This document shows, piece after piece, positions 26,050-40,117 of a stretch of 64,000 nucleotides of DNA. How positions within the stretch are numbered: the stretch's first letter is position 1; every line of letters starts with the position of its first letter. The notes beneath the pieces are model-generated. The model was given only the letters and a program-made list of their open reading frames with translations. It ran no database searches and was not told where the DNA came from. This DNA is from Octopus sinensis. Lineage: Eukaryota. The position numbers were made by a program, and so were the translations under genes. The stretch is taken from assembly GCF_006345805.1 (NCBI RefSeq), contig NC_043000.1, positions 12,896,001 to 12,960,000 of the forward strand. The letters run 5' to 3'.

Positions 26050-27633
26050 ATATGTGTGAGTGTAGAGAGAGAGATAGGCGAGATCCTAGGATCAAGGTGC
26101 CGGAAGTTAGTCCGTAGAAGATATAAAAAAACACAACTTACAGGATCAACAATGGTTTATTGGCGCAGAGGGTTGTGAATTTTCCCCATATCGAGGTAAG
26201 ATAAGCTGAAAAAAGTTTATTTTATAGTTCACGGTTAGCAAACGAGGGTTGTTGTATATGCGGATAAACATCCAAAAGTTAGGGAATGGAGCAGATAAAA
26301 TCCAGGCTAACGGATCCTCGGAAGTAGTCAGCTATCTAAACGAGGGGTAGATCACAAGCTACTCTTTAGGCCAAGGATAATTTGATTATATGAAGTTTAT
26401 ATTGTTGATGGTAGATCCCATGTTAACTCGTTGGGGATTCGATCGAAATGCGTAGAAAGTACTAACGGCAATGTAAACTTCATATAATCAAGGTATAAGT
26501 AGCTTGCGGTCTACCCCTCATTTGGATAATTTATATTATCCTCCCCATCGTCGTCGTCGTCGTCGTCTTCTTCTTCTTCTTCTTCTTCTTCTTCTTCTTC
26601 TTCCAATCAGGACTCACGCCATTAGCCACGAAGAATAATCTCTAATTTGAGCCTACTCTAAGCTAAGAATGCGTGTGGCAACTTGAAGATCCACCCATCA
26701 CACACGATAGACTGGCGGTTGCACTTGCGCAGTTATTATACTCATTCCGTAAACGGTGGCTTTTAACGGGTGGAGAGCTGAACCATCCTGGGGTACAGAG
26801 GATTTGCAATCTAGACTAGGGTCTGAAAGTTTACCACACCATAGTGGGTTACACCATGGTTCCTCTGCTTTGTAGCAAAAGTAGAAAAGAAGAGTGATAG
26901 AAAGTTGTGGTGAAAGAGTACTGCAGGGTTCACCACCACCCTCCGCCGGAGCCTCGTGGAGCTTAGGCGTTTTTGCTCAATAAACACTCACAATACCTGG
27001 ACCGGGAATCAAAACTGCGTTCTTACGACCGCGAGTCCGCTGCCCTAACCACTGGGCCATTGCGCCTCCACTGCTGCTGTTGTTTATGTCTTGATAGATT
27101 TTTTGCTGTTGTTGCTGTTGTTGTGGCTATTGCTTTCGTTGGCGTTGGTGGTTTTTGTTGATTTCTTAGTTATTATTGTTGTTGTTGTTGTTGTTCTAGT
27201 TCCTGTAGTTATTGTTGTATTTGACTTATTAGTTGACCCGTATGTTTGTCCTAATTTTTTCGGTCTTCATCTGTGCTGCTACTGTCAAATTTGAGTTTTG
27301 GGGGATCAGTCCGCAAGCCATTGATGGCGATGATAATGATGGTAATGATAATGATGATAATGATGATGATGATGATGATGATACTTATAATATTATTATT
27401 AACAACAACAACAATAATAATCCTTTCTACTATAGGCACAAGGCCTGGATTTTTGTGAGGAAGGGGACAATCGATCACATCGATCCCAGTACTTGACTGG
27501 TACTTAATTTGTCTCCCCGAAAGGATGAAAGGCAAAGTCGACCTCGGCGGAATTTGAACTCAGAACGTAGCGACAGGCGAAATATCGCTAAGCATTTCGC
27601 TCGGCGTGCTAACGATTCTGTCAGCACGCCGCC

Positions 27634-27701
<68 letters not shown>

Positions 27702-27948
27702 TTTTATTGGCCACAAAGGCTCAACAGGCTGAGGGCAATCTCACCTTAATTTCAGAAAAACAGGAGACGTTGGATAATGGTAAAAAAAATTCTAAAAACT
27801 TTCCATCTTTTGTCTTGTTCTTAATTGCTTTAAACTTTTTTTAACTTCTCTTAATTTATTCTGTTACAGTATTCCATCTTCCTATTTTACCTTCCGAAAC
27901 TCTCCTTCTAACGGCGTTACTCTGTTGTCTTACTACACTACCATACTA

Positions 27949-28330
27949 TGCAATGGCCCAGTGGTTAGGGCAGTGGACTCGCGGTCATAGGATCGCGGTT
28001 TCAATTCCCAGACCGGGCGTTGTGAATGTTTATTGAGCGAAAACACCTAAAAAGCTCCACGAGGCTCCGGCAGGGGATGGTGGTGATCCCTGCTGTACTC
28101 TTTCACCACAACTTTCTCTCACTCTTACTTCCTGTTTCTGTTGTACCTGTATTTCAAGGGGCCGGCCTTGTCACTCTCTGTGTCACGCTGAATATCCCCG
28201 AGAACTACGTTAAGGGTGCACGTGTCTGTGGAGTGCTCAGCCACTTACACGTTAATTTCACGAGCAGGCTGTTCCGTTGATTCGGATCAACCGAACCCTC
28301 GTCGTCGTAACCGACGGAGTGCTTCCATCC
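27949..28330 (+). mobile_element. SINE family D
   Basis: Near-identical to the reverse complement of 5816-6199. Confidence 0.85.
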
Positions 28331-30199
28331 ACTATGCTGTTGGATAATGAGGTCCTGGGTAACCTGCAAATAGTTAAAAATAAAAAGTAAAAATCTTAAA
28401 AAAGGGTGAGATGATTCCAGCTGAAACGATCATAGGTCTCTGTTCGATCAATACTGTTCTGGGGGTGAAACAGCAGCACAACAACAAGATCCGTGACGAC
28501 AACTTTCGCACCTTCCAGCAATTTAATGAACAAATATGAAATATTTACCGTGTCGTTTTCAAACAATATCGCTATGTATCATGTTATCAGAGATGATAAA
28601 AAATTCAATGGGCAGATGTCAGAGTTGTTAAACTTTCTCAAGAACAGCTGGCTATTCACGTGACCTCACTGAATATTTATTACTGTAACTTGAGGACGAC
28701 TCTGCATTAAGAAAACCCTTTTAGCCATGGAGAGAGTATTCCTTTTTACGGTTGGACTGCTGGCAAGTGAGTATTGACGCTCCTTCATCCATTTGTTGTT
28801 GTTCAGTTCCAAGTTTGTCATTGTCGAACAGACCTATGATCAAAGGCGTTCCAGTAGTGAACGACTCATTTATTTTTTGTGCACCTATTACCAAACTAAT
28901 TTAGTCATTTTAAGGGCATCACTCAAAGGAAATGTGGTTGTTGTTTCTAACAGGCCTTGAGACTGTAGAGAATTCCTCGTTGTCTCGAAGTTTAACTTTT
29001 TAATCCTGACAAATATAATAGTTCGAATGAACAATTATACATTCGGTTGGGCTCTTTTTAGGGTTTCTGGGACCAGTTCGTAAGAAATAGGGGAAAGAAA
29101 ACTATTGTTCACTTTTCTGTTACTTTTTTTTGATGTGAAGAAAGGACTGTGCTCACACACACACACACACACACCAAAATATCATGTTGGTATAAATGCA
29201 GACTGGAACATAAGATTCACACATATTCACATACAGATTAATATCCGTAAACTATACTAAATGTATAGAGATGAAACTCATGTTCCATATAGAATAATGC
29301 TTCGCTTATCCCTCCCCTGTTTTGATCTGGTTCGCAACAGTGTTCATTTGTCTTTCTTGGAGATAGTATTTTTGTTGGGATAGTACTGCATCATTATTAT
29401 AATTTTATGCTAAGATGTAAGGAAATATAATTCACATTCTACTTTACAACCGTTAGCGTAGCTGGCAGAGGATGGGCGAAGGGCATTCTGCCCCGGACGA
29501 CACTTTTGGGCTCTTTTGAGTCTTCTGTATAAGCCCCAAGCATGTGACATACTCAAGGGCTGCTCCGGTTCGCACACGCGCTTTAGCTATGCCACAGTTT
29601 ACACACGAAATTTTCACGCAGTATTTTTTTTTTTTTTTTGCCATTCGTAAGTGTAAAACGATTTGCAATACCAAGTGATGTATCTTCATTTAAGGAACCG
29701 TGAAAAAGCACAAGATATGAATAGACAACTGTTGAGGTGAACAGAAGATAACGAGCAACGGACGTATGTGGGTGTTTAAACTTGAGCACATCTACGACGA
29801 AAACCATCATAGAAAATAGGGACAAATTAGTAATTTCTGCCATAATGAGGGCCATCTTTAGATGTTCATGGGGCCGGACATTATGACTGGTAAATTGTTA
29901 AACTGTTTTCTCACATGCCCTCTCCAAGGGACTCGTGGATTCAATGGGTCACATTGGCTCCAGTGCATCAGCACTTACAACATTTACCTTAAGATGACTC
30001 TTTCTATGACGACCTGGTTATCAGCGAAAAAAAGATGACTTGTTCAAAGAGTAAATTTTGCGGAAACGGTAAAAATATGCTAGTTGTATGCGCCGATGAC
30101 GATGTACAACAATTTCTTTACACCAATTTATTATAGTAGGAAAATATATAAGGAGCAACTTTAGATACTTAACAGAAAAAAATATAGAAAAGATTTTTT

Positions 30200-30480
30200 T
30201 TTTTTCACGCTAAGAGTTGCTGAAGCATGGAACAAACAAACTGCCGGCATCAGTTGTTAGTTGTCGGAGCACTGCATCCTTCAAAACTTCCATACTTCCT
30301 GAGATTCACCAACACTACACCTGATTTTCTCCCCTCCATACACATGCAAGCATGTATCTGACTCATACACTGTTCGCTTTCCAGACATTCGTACATTACT
30401 GCATATACTTTATACGCACTTTTTGACAAGTTGTGGTGCACCTGAGCACTGTATACAATAATTTCATTATTATTATATTA
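30200..30480 (+). mobile_element. CR1/L2-type LINE 3' end
   Basis: FFTLRVAEAWN.LPASVVSCRSTASFK motif followed by an (ATT)n-like tail. Confidence 0.7.
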
Positions 30481-30539
30481 TATTATTATAATTGAAGAGC
30501 ATCCACAGCTAGCTGAGGTTGGTTTCGTAGATTCAATCG

Positions 30540-31330
30540 ATTACATGACATTCAAACTATCGGCGTGTCTTATGCGGTTGCATGTGTTGACACTCAGGCA
30601 ACCAAGAAATTTCCTCATATTCTTTAGAGTATCATCGAGTGTAGCAGCTACTCCCACTAAGTAATATTCGATCTAGATTAAACAAGTTTTTTTCTGGAAA
30701 AGCGTGCCAACCTGCGCGTTCATCCCTCGAGACGGAAAAACACTTCTGAGTTAAAAGCTGTTTAAAACTGCTACTTGGCAGTAATACTTCAAGAAATTTA
30801 AGCTGAAACCGATGCTAGTTTATTATTCAGAAGAGCGAGGACAATGCGAGCATCCTCTATTTATGATTTAAGAATCAAAAACTTGTCTGGCATATATAAC
30901 AGGTTACCCCAGAATCTAGACAGTCATCATGTCGGCATTACAATCGAAGTAGTTTACTTGTCACCAAAAATCACATCCTGACTGCAACCGAGGGTGTAAT
31001 TTTTAGTATAAAGACCTGCTAACTTCATTTTACTTTCAAAGAACTTGTTGAAGAAGCGGAGGATAAAGAATAAACAATATATCAGGAATTTTTTTTTTTG
31101 AAAAACTACCATAAAAGTGCATGGTTAATATCAAAACATTTCGGGACGAAGTACATTATAACTGCATGAATAAAGTTTGGAAAAAGCTATGGTCAGAAGC
31201 ATGCAATGATTTCCTGGAATTTGATTAAGAAATAGTATCAACGGTCATCAATGACGTTATTGATCAGGCCAATGAAGGAAGAATGCAAAATATCAATGCT
31301 TTGAATTTGGAGGATGAAATGAAATCTTAA
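30540..31330 (+). pseudogene. Tigger/pogo (TIGD1-like) transposase relic
   Basis: Frameshifted fragments FFWKSVP, KLLLGSNTS, FKLKPMLVYYSE, LSPKITS*LQP..GVI, MNKVWKKLW in the expected order. Confidence 0.7.
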
Positions 31331-32107
31331 TGTAAGACTTTATGTATTTCACAGTTACAAAAGTTGTCATAACCGCGCATCTAAAATGAATCTGATAATC
31401 TTACCGTAGAGAAATTGGCACCAGACAGAATTCTTCTTTCCGAATTCATTAATAGCTCTACTAAGATTGCAGAAATCACGGACCAGAAGGCAGCGAGCTG
31501 GCAGAAACGTTAGCGCGCCGGGCGAAATGCTTATCGTATTTTGTCCGTCTTTACGTTCTGAGTTCAAATTCCGACGAGGTCGACTTAGCCTTTCATCCTT
31601 TCGGGGGTCGATTAAATAAGTACCAGTTACGCTGTGGGGTCGTTGTAATCGACTTAATCCCTTTGTCTGTCCTTGTTTGTCCCCTCTGTGTTTAGCCCCT
31701 TGTGGGCAATAAAGAAATAAGAAATCACGAACCAGTATATTGAGAATTACTGAGATTAGGAACACAGCAACAAGGTAAACAGGATTGTTCTGGAGATGAT
31801 AAACACGGTACCATGAGCTTCATGACAAGGTTTTCTGTCGTAAACGCAGACGAATTAGTTGTTTTCTTCGAAAAGAAACTGTAACGAGCTTAGTGATGTG
31901 TAAATATCCTCGTGCACTTTTGGGGTGCACAAAGCAATCACTCACTAGCCGTTGCTTTAATAATCCAGAATTCTACTAGTCAGAAACAACAGGACGCAGA
32001 CGTAAAATATACATATAACTACTTTATTCTCTTTCTTGGTAAACAATAACAATAAGTGTGTTATCTGATGTCCTAGGTTCGGGCGCGCACCGCTATAAGT
32101 TAATAGA

Positions 32108-32530
32108 TTGTAATATTTACAATGTCCAGCCCAAAAACAGAAAGGGGTCAAAATGGCGTCGAACAGGAAAGTTGAAATGTGGTCGGCAACAATTTTGGTT
32201 AAAAGTCTTCGGCCAAAGGACTGCTAGAATCAGTTCGAACGGAGAGAAAATATGCGTGACCGTCGCCGTCAATCGCTGGGTCCCAAGTCCCCGCTGCTGC
32301 TGGACGCTGGTGGTCAAACGTTCTACGACCCCCTTGCCTCGCTAACTGCTACGTAGGCAATATGGTCGTGCTACCGGTGGTTCGCGCATGCGCGAGAGGG
32401 GCCTTCCTTTCTGTGCATTGGAAAAGGCACCAACACGCGCGAAATACAAATGGGCGGTGCGCGAGCGCGCGCCGTTGTCGGATCACTACAAAACCAATGT
32501 GCATGGAAGAACCACAACCTGCACACTCAT
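32108..32530. promoter_or_regulatory. GC/CpG-rich island with YY1-like and NRF1-like motifs (promoter or solo LTR)
   Basis: CAAAATGGCG at 32149-32158 and palindrome TCGCGCATGCGCGA at 32382-32395 in an otherwise AT-rich region. Confidence 0.35.
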
Positions 32531-32576
32531 CTCAGAGTGTATATATATATATACAATACTTGTGTGTGTGTGTGAA

Positions 32577-33082
32577 GGTATAGCACCTACTTTCCTGAGA
32601 CTGATAGTCCGGCTTCTTATAATCCGCACTAATTTACGAGTTAGAACTTCAACTTCTGCGGCCACCAGACTGGTTTGCTAGTACCCGTGGTTAAAGTACC
32701 CGTGGTTAAAGCTGAATAATTTAACTTATTTCATTATTTCATAATGACATTGGATTTTAATAGACGTGGTTTCTAACATCACATTTGGGCTTATCTAAAC
32801 TTATTAAATGCTTAGTAGGTGAAACAGTGAGTCTCTGGATTTAGTGGTCGATTGACGATGTCTTTCACATACATTTGTGTTCGCATGACTGTTGCAAATA
32901 ATCTGTTCAGCTTGTATCTTTACATTGCATCTTTATGCAGCGTAATGATCCCGAATAGCGCCCTTCAGTTTAAACCTAAACATTTTATGAACGTACTCAG
33001 AGCTCAAATCGAGACACTATAGGACACATAAGGCTAAACATGTGTACTTTAAAACGTATGCATGATATATCTGTACACAAAT

Positions 33083-33115
<33 letters not shown>

Positions 33116-33269
33116 CACACTAACCTATAACCATATATACCTATATATATATATGTGTGTAGGTATAGCACCTACTTTCCTGAGACTGATAGTCCGGGGT
33201 TTCTTATAATCAGCACTAATTTACGAGTTAGAACTTCAACTTCTGCGGCCGCCAGACTGGTTTACTAGA
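32577..33269. repeat. ~105-bp direct repeat pair (32577-32680 and 33161-33269), LTR-terminus-like
   Basis: AGGTATAGCACCTACTTTCCTGAGACTGATAGTCCGG...GACTGGTTT.CTAG occurs twice; the second copy begins TGTAGG. Confidence 0.75.
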
Positions 33270-33415
33270 GCCTTCATTTCACGTTGTTCCAGTTCACTCA
33301 GATCACAAAAATGAGTAATCCTGAAACAGACCAGCATCTCATCCATAAAATCAGGGAAACCGGTCTTCCTGAACCTTTGTTCCTTTTGATATATATATAT
33401 ATATATATATATATA

Positions 33416-34293
33416 GGGGGTTTCAAAAAATTTGATATCATTTGGGATGTAAATATCACAAAAACTACAAAGTCAAAGCAAATGAAACCAAACAGGCTTA
33501 ATGTTGAGCAACATAAGATTTATTCCTCCAAATTTGAATGAGAAATTCAAAGGTATGTGGATTCCACGAACGATTTCACAAATGTTCAATATGAGCACCG
33601 CCTGAGACACGGCACACGTGAATTCGGTTGTCCAGCTCCTCCCAAACACGCTGCAGCATGTCTTAGGTAACAGTCTCCACTGCGGTAGCGATTCTTTGCT
33701 CGAGCTCCTCTAGGTTTGCAGGAATGGGAGGTTGGGGTATAAAACAGGCCCTTCACATAGCCCCATGCTTGCACTTTCGCTTGTCATCTGCCGTTTTGGC
33801 CTGAACGAGCTGCAGCTTGTAGGGTTTCATTAGCAAGCGTATATCCTCAGGACGCGCCAAACTAGTTGGAGGAATCTGGGTTTCCAGACTTGTTCTTCTT
33901 ATGGACTTCTTGGGGCTTCGCAAGAGTTTTTGGCAAACCCGCTCGACCGTCTGTTCCGATGTTAGTGGTCGTCCAGATCCTTTTGCCCTGCATAGACAGC
34001 CTTCCTCTTTAAATTTTTTGTGCCATGTCCAAATCTGCATTGCCATTGGTAACTTTTTAGAGAACTCTCTCATGCACAGTCTTGTTCGGCTGTATTCGAG
34101 CATACTCCAACACACAAAACGCATTTTCTCCTCCAGTGAATGCCATTTCTTTACCTGAAAAGGTAAACATATCAAACATTAAACATAAAATATTGACCTG
34201 TTTCTACATATGCTATTAAAATTCGAAGTCATTTGAACAAGAACTGGCGAAGTTATTAGATTGCGAAATGATATCAAATTATTTGAAACACCC
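33416..34293 (-). mobile_element. Tc1/mariner-superfamily element with deleted catalytic core
   Basis: TIR-like GGGTTTCAAAAAATTTGATATCATTT/AAATGATATCAAATTATTTGAAACACCC. HTH part WHKKFKEEGCLCRAKGSGRP...SPKKSIRRTS...MKPYKLQLVQA is joined to the C-terminal WGYVK...HIEHL*. Confidence 0.82.
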
Positions 34294-34299
34294 ACTTCA

Positions 34300-34309
34300 T
34301 GAGTGATGT

Positions 34310-34353
<44 letters not shown>

Positions 34354-34418
34354 CGCGCGTGCGTGCGTGTGTGTGTGTGTGTGTGTGTGTGCGTGCGTGT
34401 TGTGTGTGTGTGTGCGTG

Positions 34419-34450
<32 letters not shown>

Positions 34451-34545
34451 TGTGTTGTGTGTGTGTGTGTGTGTGTGTGCGTGTGTGTGTGTGTATGTGT
34501 GCGTACGTGCGTGCGTGCGGTGTGTGTGTGTGTGTGTGTGTGTGC
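34300..34545. repeat. (TG/CG)n microsatellite; similar (CA)n/(TG)n/(TA)n/(AAT)n tracts occur throughout the window
   Basis: Directly visible. Confidence 0.97.
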
Positions 34546-35394
34546 AACTAAGTCTTAATCTGCTTTGCAAAGTATTTCATTGTTATCTCTGGTAAATAGT
34601 TCTGCTTCTCATTCTGAGCCATTATCTTCTGTGCTGAATTAGCAATTACAAATTTCATATACATCAACAGTATAAACAGGTATGTCACCGTGTGTAAATG
34701 CACATATGTTTGGTAGGGAAAATTCAGTGTGTGTGTGTGTGTGTGCGTATGCATATTGAAACTATCAGTTATGTTATGAGTCCTTGTATAAGTGTACATA
34801 CATACACCCTCTTCTGTGTCAGTATCTGTTTTTAGTTTTTAATCATATATATATGCGCATGCGTGCATGTGCGAGTATATACATACATAAATGCACACAT
34901 ATATATGTGTATGTGTGTGCGCATACATGTATGAGCACCTACACCCCCCCCCACACGCATGTATGTATATGTGTGTGTGAGTGTGTATGTATTACCTAAT
35001 TATGTATGACTGTAATACGTAGCAATGCATACTGTTTTTCAGGTTTCCCAGGATCTTCGTTCATTACTATGTAGACATAACTGGAAATAACATTTACATA
35101 CGATCATATGTAATGATATATATGTATCTATACTACACGAGTATACACACACATACACACATACGCGCGGACACATGGGCATACACACACACACACGCAA
35201 ATACACATACATATATACACTCAGATACATTCATACACTCTTTTGTGTACACATATATACGCCTATACACATAGTAGTAAGCATACATTTGAATTTATTC
35301 AACAGCAAATATATACATACGAACACTTTTTACATTCTCACACATGAACATACTTTCTTATATCAATATAACTAAACATAACCACCTAAAGTCA

Positions 35395-35808
35395 TATACT
35401 CTTTTACTCTTTTACTCTTTTACTTGTTTCAGTCATTTGACTGCGGCCATGCCGGAGCACCGCCTTTAGTCGAGCAACTCGACCCCGGGACTTATTCATT
35501 GTAAGCCCAGTACTTATTCTATCGGTCTCTTTTGCCGAACCGCTAAGTGACGGGGACGTAAACACACCAGCATCGGTTCTCAAGCGATGTTGGATGGGAC
35601 AAAGACGCACAAACATACAAGCACACATATATATATACATATATACGACGGGCTTCTTTCAGCTTCCGTCTACCAAATCCACTCACAAGGCTTTGGTCGG
35701 CCCGAAGCTATAGTAGAAGACACTTGCCCAAGGTGCCACGCAGTGGGACTGAACCCGGAACCATATGGTTGGTAAACAAGCTACTTACCACACAGCCACT
35801 CCTGCGCC
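35395..35808 (-). mobile_element. SINE family A
   Basis: Full-length copy on the minus strand. Confidence 0.88.
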
Positions 35809-36364
35809 TATATATATACATATATCATTTATAAATACATGCAAACATATATATTCATTTATGTACGTTTACGAGCAAAACGCCCCCGTCCAATGGACGG
35901 TGCTGAGTTGTCAAACATTTAAACCAAATTTTCTCAAAACAACTTGTCCGACCGTCCCATATGCCTCTCCTTTGAGAAAAACTGATTTAACCTAAATTTG
36001 AGACACCAGCAAAAGAAGAAATAAAGATAGACTTTTTTTTATTCCAAGAAAAATGATTTTACAAATGCACGTTCCCACGGCTTTATCGATCGCATTCTCA
36101 CCTGGAATCGAATTTTGTAATTTTTTCAAGACTTGTACGCGCCCTGATACCGTCGGTATCTACATATCAAATTTGAGTGCAACCGGATGGAGGATGCCCG
36201 AGATCCTAGAAGACACACACACAGACAGACAGAACGGATTTTATATAATAGAAATATACGTACATACACACAGACACACACCCATACACATACACGCATA
36301 TATATATACACACAAACGGATACACACACACACATATGAATGTATGAATGCGTGTGTGTATATT

Positions 36365-36421
<57 letters not shown>

Positions 36422-36589
36422 ACACATACTTATTCATCGCTGCACACATATATGTGCATGCATACACATACAATCTCACTAGATAATCATCAGGCGATTA
36501 CAAACTCAGCCTTTGAACATTATCAATATATTTGAATTGTATTTTAATGTAAATTTAAACAACGATACTTAATCTATACTTCTCCCTTC

Positions 36590-37270
36590 AGAAATCCAGA
36601 AAAGAGTAATGCAACAGCACTCTCCAATTACGTTTGGAATTTGAAAGAACGTGATACTGCATTCGTCCTCAACTGAAAGATACTCGAGAGAATTACAAAC
36701 CATTCTACAAAATGCTGCGAGTTATACATAGCCAAAAAGAGCCCCGTACTCAAAACTTTAATAGATCTGCTGACCATTTACCTGACAGAATAATTCTTTA
36801 TTTTCCTCCAAGTTTCTAACCTTAAGTCTCTACTATTTATACTGCCAATCTCTACTGTTGACTCATTTATACCATCATAATTTCAACTAGTAAACTTTCC
36901 AAATTTATTACAACGCAACAGTTGTTTTAAACTCCGAGCAAGGAGATATTTCGGTTGCTCCGGTAACACATTCAAGCAACACCTTTCCAACCACAGATCC
37001 TCCTTCAGGATACCGACAGAAGATACGTTACGTCACTAGCCAGCCATGTATGATAGCTGAAAGAGGACGGGATTCTGCACACGATATCACGAAGAATCCT
37101 AAAAAAATCCAGGCCCCTATATAAACAGGACCAAGCTTTGAAAACTGTGCATAGCGGAACGGGCGAGGATACTAAAGGACTTCATAGACCAGGAGAACAT
37201 CCTTAACTCAGAACGGAAGTCTTAGGACCGTGTTTGCATTTCAAGAAATTCCTGCTTGCCTATTGGAACC
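36590..37270 (+). pseudogene. Penelope-like GIY-YIG endonuclease relics (two partial tandem copies)
   Basis: ATALSNYVWNLKE..FVLN*KILE; then YFGCSGNTFKQHLSNHRSSFR, TSLASHV*, ILNS..EVLGPCLHFKKFLL. Confidence 0.65.
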
Positions 37271-37631
37271 CACAAGATGACAGGGTCACTTACGATCGAT
37301 AGCCAATGTTATTGACATTGAGTAGTGGAGTCCTTTCTTCCTCCATTTTCTAGAGAGGCCGCTCGCTAGAGATGCCATAAGCTAACAGGTTTGGAATCTG
37401 ACGATAGGTCGTAAAGCTAAGTGCTTTATGGACGTGAACCCCAGAGTAATCCCATAAACTGGCATTATCTAACTTTATTTATAACACACACGCGCGCGCG
37501 CGAATATAGTGCATTGTATGTATATGTGTTAGTTATGTGCGTGTGTGTGTGTGTGTTATATAAATAAAAGTTTTATGTACGTGTGATAGTTGTTACCTAA
37601 ATATTTCTACGTGACTTTTTTTTTGTTACAG

Positions 37632-37686
37632 GTGTTCAAGCAATCGCTCCGCCGCCACTAATCAATATTACCTATGTACAACCCAG
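37632..37686 (+). CDS. Zinc metallopeptidase (lethal-factor/MtfA-like zincin), first identifiable exon
   Basis: ttttgttacag|GT GTT...CCC AG|gtgagg; 55 nt, phase 1/2; (G)VQAIAPPPLINITYVQP(S). The exit phase matches the next exon; VQA looks like the end of a signal peptide. Confidence 0.7.
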
Positions 37687-38777
37687 GTGAGGTGCTTTGA
37701 ACTATTACAACTGCTACTTACAAATACATACAGCACACAAAACATACAAATACAGTTTCCATACAGTATAAAAAGAGAGTTAATTATATTTATAGATCTT
37801 TTCAATATTTATAGAACTGAAGCGTACAAAGGTTTTACCTCGCAGTTCATTCATCAATTTCGTTACAGGATTAGTTATATGTCAATCTAGTCGTATAATT
37901 TCAAATGAGGTTGTAAAGAAATCCATTAGTTGACTTTGGAGTATGAAAGCTGGTCCAGGAACTGGTTTTGTTAAGGTGCAAGCTGGATGTTTTCTCAACT
38001 TCAGTAAAGTGACCTTGGTATCTGATATTGACTTCGGGTTGCGTCCTTGCTGATATATCCCAATTAATCCAAGAGATGCATTTAACATATAAACATTCAT
38101 AGGCGTAGGAGTGGCTGAGTGGTAAGTAGCTTGCTTCTCAACCACATGGTTCCGGGTTCAGCCCCACTGCGTGGCACCTTGGGCAAGTGTCTTCTACTAT
38201 AGCTTCGGGCCGACCAAAGCCTTGTGAGTGGATTTGGTTGAACTTTTTACCCTCACCCATTTATTGCATTCAGTAGTGTAATTGCCATGCAGATATTAAA
38301 AAAAAACACTTGTGTTGGGTTTTCCCATACATACAGCATACATATTGTCCCCTACCTATTTTTACTACTTCCTCCTTCTACCCATTTTTGACGTCAATGC
38401 TTATAACGGATTTTTTGAAAAAACACTCATTATCACTGTGGTCACTATGTAGGAAATCACCAACATTTTTTGTTCGTCTTGTGGCTGAGAGAGGCTCCTT
38501 ATCTTTCCTGGGGAGAAGATTGCATAATGCACCCTTATTCCTTCTGAATAAAAGTATGCTGTCTTCGAAACATGTGTCGAGAGTAAAGGAATTTTGTTAA
38601 CATCTTCGTTCGACTCCATTCTTTCATTTATTCATATATAAAAAACACACAAATTTCCACACAAGAACCCGGAGTTTCTACCCTATACAGGTCGCTTCAA
38701 CCGTGTTTTCTGACGTGAATTTGCTACCCAGGTATCGGTTAAACGAATTTTCCATGCTAGGATAATTCATTCACCTA

Positions 38778-38814
<37 letters not shown>

Positions 38815-39097
38815 CCACACAAACACATACACAGAATCACACACACACAAACACATACACAGAATCACACACACACACACACCACACATGCATGCGTTTG
38901 TGTATATGCATGTATACGTGTGTGCCATATATAAGTACTATATATATATGTGTGTGTGCGCGTGTCTATGTATGTATGTGTGTGTTTGTGTATGTATGTA
39001 TTTGTGTGTGTGCACACGTGCACGCACATGCACACGCAACAAATACGCACATGGTTGCATTACGTTCCTCTATATTTCAATTTCAATCTCTGTGCAG

Positions 39098-39236
39098 TGT
39101 ATCTTACATCGGACAGCGCATGTCCTTCCGCCACATTTACGTGACTCACGATGGGAATTCGCACACTTACAGACCTTCACAGCCCAGCATCACCATTACT
39201 GCAACGTCCACTGTCAAAGCAGAAGCCATGCGAAAG
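39098..39236 (+). CDS. Zinc metallopeptidase exon
   Basis: tgtgcag|T GTA...CGA AAG|gtaggt; 139 nt, phase 2/0; VSYIGQRMSFRHIYVTHDGNSHTYRPSQPSITITATSTVKAEAMRK. Confidence 0.82.
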
Positions 39237-40117
39237 GTAGGTATTTGTTATATGATCTGCAGACGACGCCTTTAACGCTGCCATGGTAACGCTTCTCGGT
39301 GACACCGGACGCGAGAAAGATGTTTTGCCTTGTAACGACTCTGTTGCACGCATGTTTCCCGTTAATTTCTTTTTATTAATCAATTCATTTTGTATTTGTT
39401 TCAGTCGTTATACTGCGGCCATGCATGGAAGGCTTTTTCTTCTTTTTTTATGTACTCCAGCAAATCGACCACAGTAATTAATTTTTTTCTGTGAAGCTTC
39501 CTCTTGGCGAACCGCTAAATTACAGTGACGTAAATAAACCAACACCGGTTGTCAAGCGGTAGTTGTTGGCAAACACAAACACGCTCGCACACGCGCACGA
39601 ACACACACATATGTATACGCATACATATTTTGACTGCCATAAAGTGGAAAAAAATTAATGGAAGGTAAAAAGTTGGTAAATATTTCGGTGTGAACGCAAA
39701 TAGTCGCTATGTGGCAGCAGGGCATGCTAGAAATAGCAGCCAAATCTTTACTTTTCTGAAAAAAGGAGCCGTTTACGCGTAATTTTGATGTCACATTCTT
39801 TGAAAGCATGCAAAATAACCTGGAAAAGAAAAAAAGACCCACGAGACAACCCCCCCCCCCCATTGGTGGGAAACTTCGAGGTCCCCACCACTCCTCCCAC
39901 ATAGCTCTAGTGTGTGCCGCTTGGGGCGACCCTTCCGTTTACTGCTCCCAGACTCCACAAAAAACTCCTTTAAAATAGCCCCCCCCCCCGCTATTGACAT
40001 TCTTGCTTTAAGTCATAACGTAGATTTAGAACCCCTAATGTCAGTTATAAAGAAGAGTTCGTGACGGAGCTCTTATTCAGCTTCTAGAAATCTGAAATTT
40101 CCAGACATCCGAGAATA

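Noticed and set aside
36674-36676. In-frame TGA in a Naiad-like GIY-YIG relic as possible selenocysteine
   Set aside because: It aligns with a conserved Trp (W-K-I), so TGG to TGA decay is the simpler explanation.
37890-38050. Coding-looking stretch KAGPGTGFVKVQAGCFLNFSKVTLVSDIDFGLRPC in a peptidase intron
   Set aside because: Flanked by stops, no usable splice sites in phase and no recognisable domain.
38538-38595. CTGAATA...CTTCGAAACATGTGTC hammerhead-like relic
   Set aside because: G8 is lost and stems I/II are poor; possibly a decayed HHR, but not supportable from one copy.
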